Part shown: positions 29,461 to 30,271 of the stretch, in pieces
Layout: every line of letters starts with the position of its first letter
How positions within the stretch are numbered: position 1 is the first letter of the stretch
NCBI GenBank assembly: GCA_964633455.1
Contig: CAZWFZ010000001.1
Location: forward strand, 1 to 30,271
DNA: 30,271 bases
Reading direction: 5' to 3'
Source: an uncultured Candidatus Peribacteria bacterium
GTDB lineage: Bacteria > Patescibacteriota > Gracilibacteria > Absconditabacterales > Absconditicoccaceae
The notes under the pieces: model-generated
The model's database searches: none
What the model was told of the DNA's origin: nothing
The model's input: only the letters and a program-made list of their open reading frames with translations
Made by a program: the position numbers and the translations under genes

Positions 29461-30135
29461 ATGTATATTGTCTTCGAGGGAGTAGTAGGAACAGGTAAGT
29501 CGACCCAGTCGAAGAAATTGGTGGAGAAGTTACAGGGGCAATATCCTGAGCGCGAGGTAGTTTGGGTCAGAGAGCCAGGGAGCACTCCTATTGCTGAGGC
29601 TATTAGAACACTAGTACAGGCGACACCATTTGATGAGGAGATGCACGCATTGACGGATGCATACTTGTATGCAGCATCGAGAGCACAATTGATCAATACC
29701 AAGATAGCAAGTGTTTTGGAAAATGGGGGTATCGTCGTGGCCGATAGATCATTTTGTTCATCACTTGCTTACCAAGGCCATGCGCAAGGACTGGGACTTG
29801 AACGTGTGCGAAATATCAACAAAGAAGCAGTCAGCCGTTATTTACCTGATCTCGTTTTGTATCTTACTCTTGAACTTGAAATAGCACTGACGAGAACATT
29901 TGATGCGAAGGGTGACAAATGGGAACAGAAGAAAATAGATTTCTTCGAATCTGTTGCACAAGGATATGAAGCAGTGAGCCATCTACCAGCAATCGCTGAT
30001 CGTCGACATACCATCGATGCATCAGGCACTATCACAGAAGTTGAGCAGGCAGTGCGAGAAGTAGTGAATAAAAAATGCACACAACAAGCACCAGGATTAC
30101 GTACAACTACCTTACAAAAAGACCTTACCAAATAA
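29461..30135 (+). CDS. tmk: Thymidylate kinase, 224 aa
   Basis: IVFEGVVGTGKSTQ, REPGST, LYAASRAQ, VADRSFCSSLAYQG, PDLVLYL. Confidence 0.96.
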   Translation: MYIVFEGVVGTGKSTQSKKLVEKLQGQYPEREVVWVREPGSTPIAEAIRTLVQATPFDEEMHALTDAYLYAASRAQLINTKIASVLENGGIVVADRSFCSSLAYQGHAQGLGLERVRNINKEAVSRYLPDLVLYLTLELEIALTRTFDAKGDKWEQKKIDFFESVAQGYEAVSHLPAIADRRHTIDASGTITEVEQAVREVVNKKCTQQAPGLRTTTLQKDLTK

Positions 30136-30224
30136 TTTTTTTATACTTTTGCAAAGCGACCTCTACACAAAGCAATTGCTTTTTGGTCGTTTTTTCGTAG
30201 TTTTCCGTGATGTAAGCCCAGACG

Positions 30225-30261
30225 CAAATATACAAATAATCAAATATCCAAAATACAAATT
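30225..30261 (+). repeat. Degenerate ~8-bp CAAATA tandem repeats
   Basis: CAAATATA CAAATAAT CAAATATC CAAAATA CAAATT; reverse complement of the TATTTG unit at 25455-25486. Confidence 0.5.
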
Positions 30262-30271
30262 AGCCCAGATG

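Overview
AT-rich bacterial chromosomal window that the supplied standard-code ORF track fragments badly. TGA is read as Gly (translation table 25) and CGA sits at conserved Trp positions, which points to Absconditabacteria (SR1, Patescibacteria/CPR). Re-read by hand with this code, the window holds about 28 intact CDS. Housekeeping: rsmI, tilS, rsmA, tyrS, tmk, yceD, HlyC/CorC-type transporter, nucleotidyltransferase. DNA uptake/pilus: comF, comM, two TrbC/VirB2-like pilins, a 932-aa lamin-tail-domain protein, comEC. Envelope: GT4 glycosyltransferase, CsaB-like pyruvyltransferase, a 1197-aa SLH S-layer-like protein, an LRR lipoprotein. Also a hicBA toxin-antitoxin pair, several orphans and two tRNAs. 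Most interesting: (1) two large GU-rich structured RNA candidates flanking the S-layer gene; (2) a GT-B glycosyltransferase with its two Rossmann domains in swapped order; (3) a pilin-like protein with 29 Thr-Ala-Thr-Ala-Gly repeats and a Ca-binding-like motif; (4) a tRNA with a CCG anticodon on a tRNA-Trp-like body; (5) csaB-like plus SLH co-location; (6) a modular palindromic intergenic repeat family. All family calls are from motif recognition by eye; no database searches were run, and start codons are best guesses.
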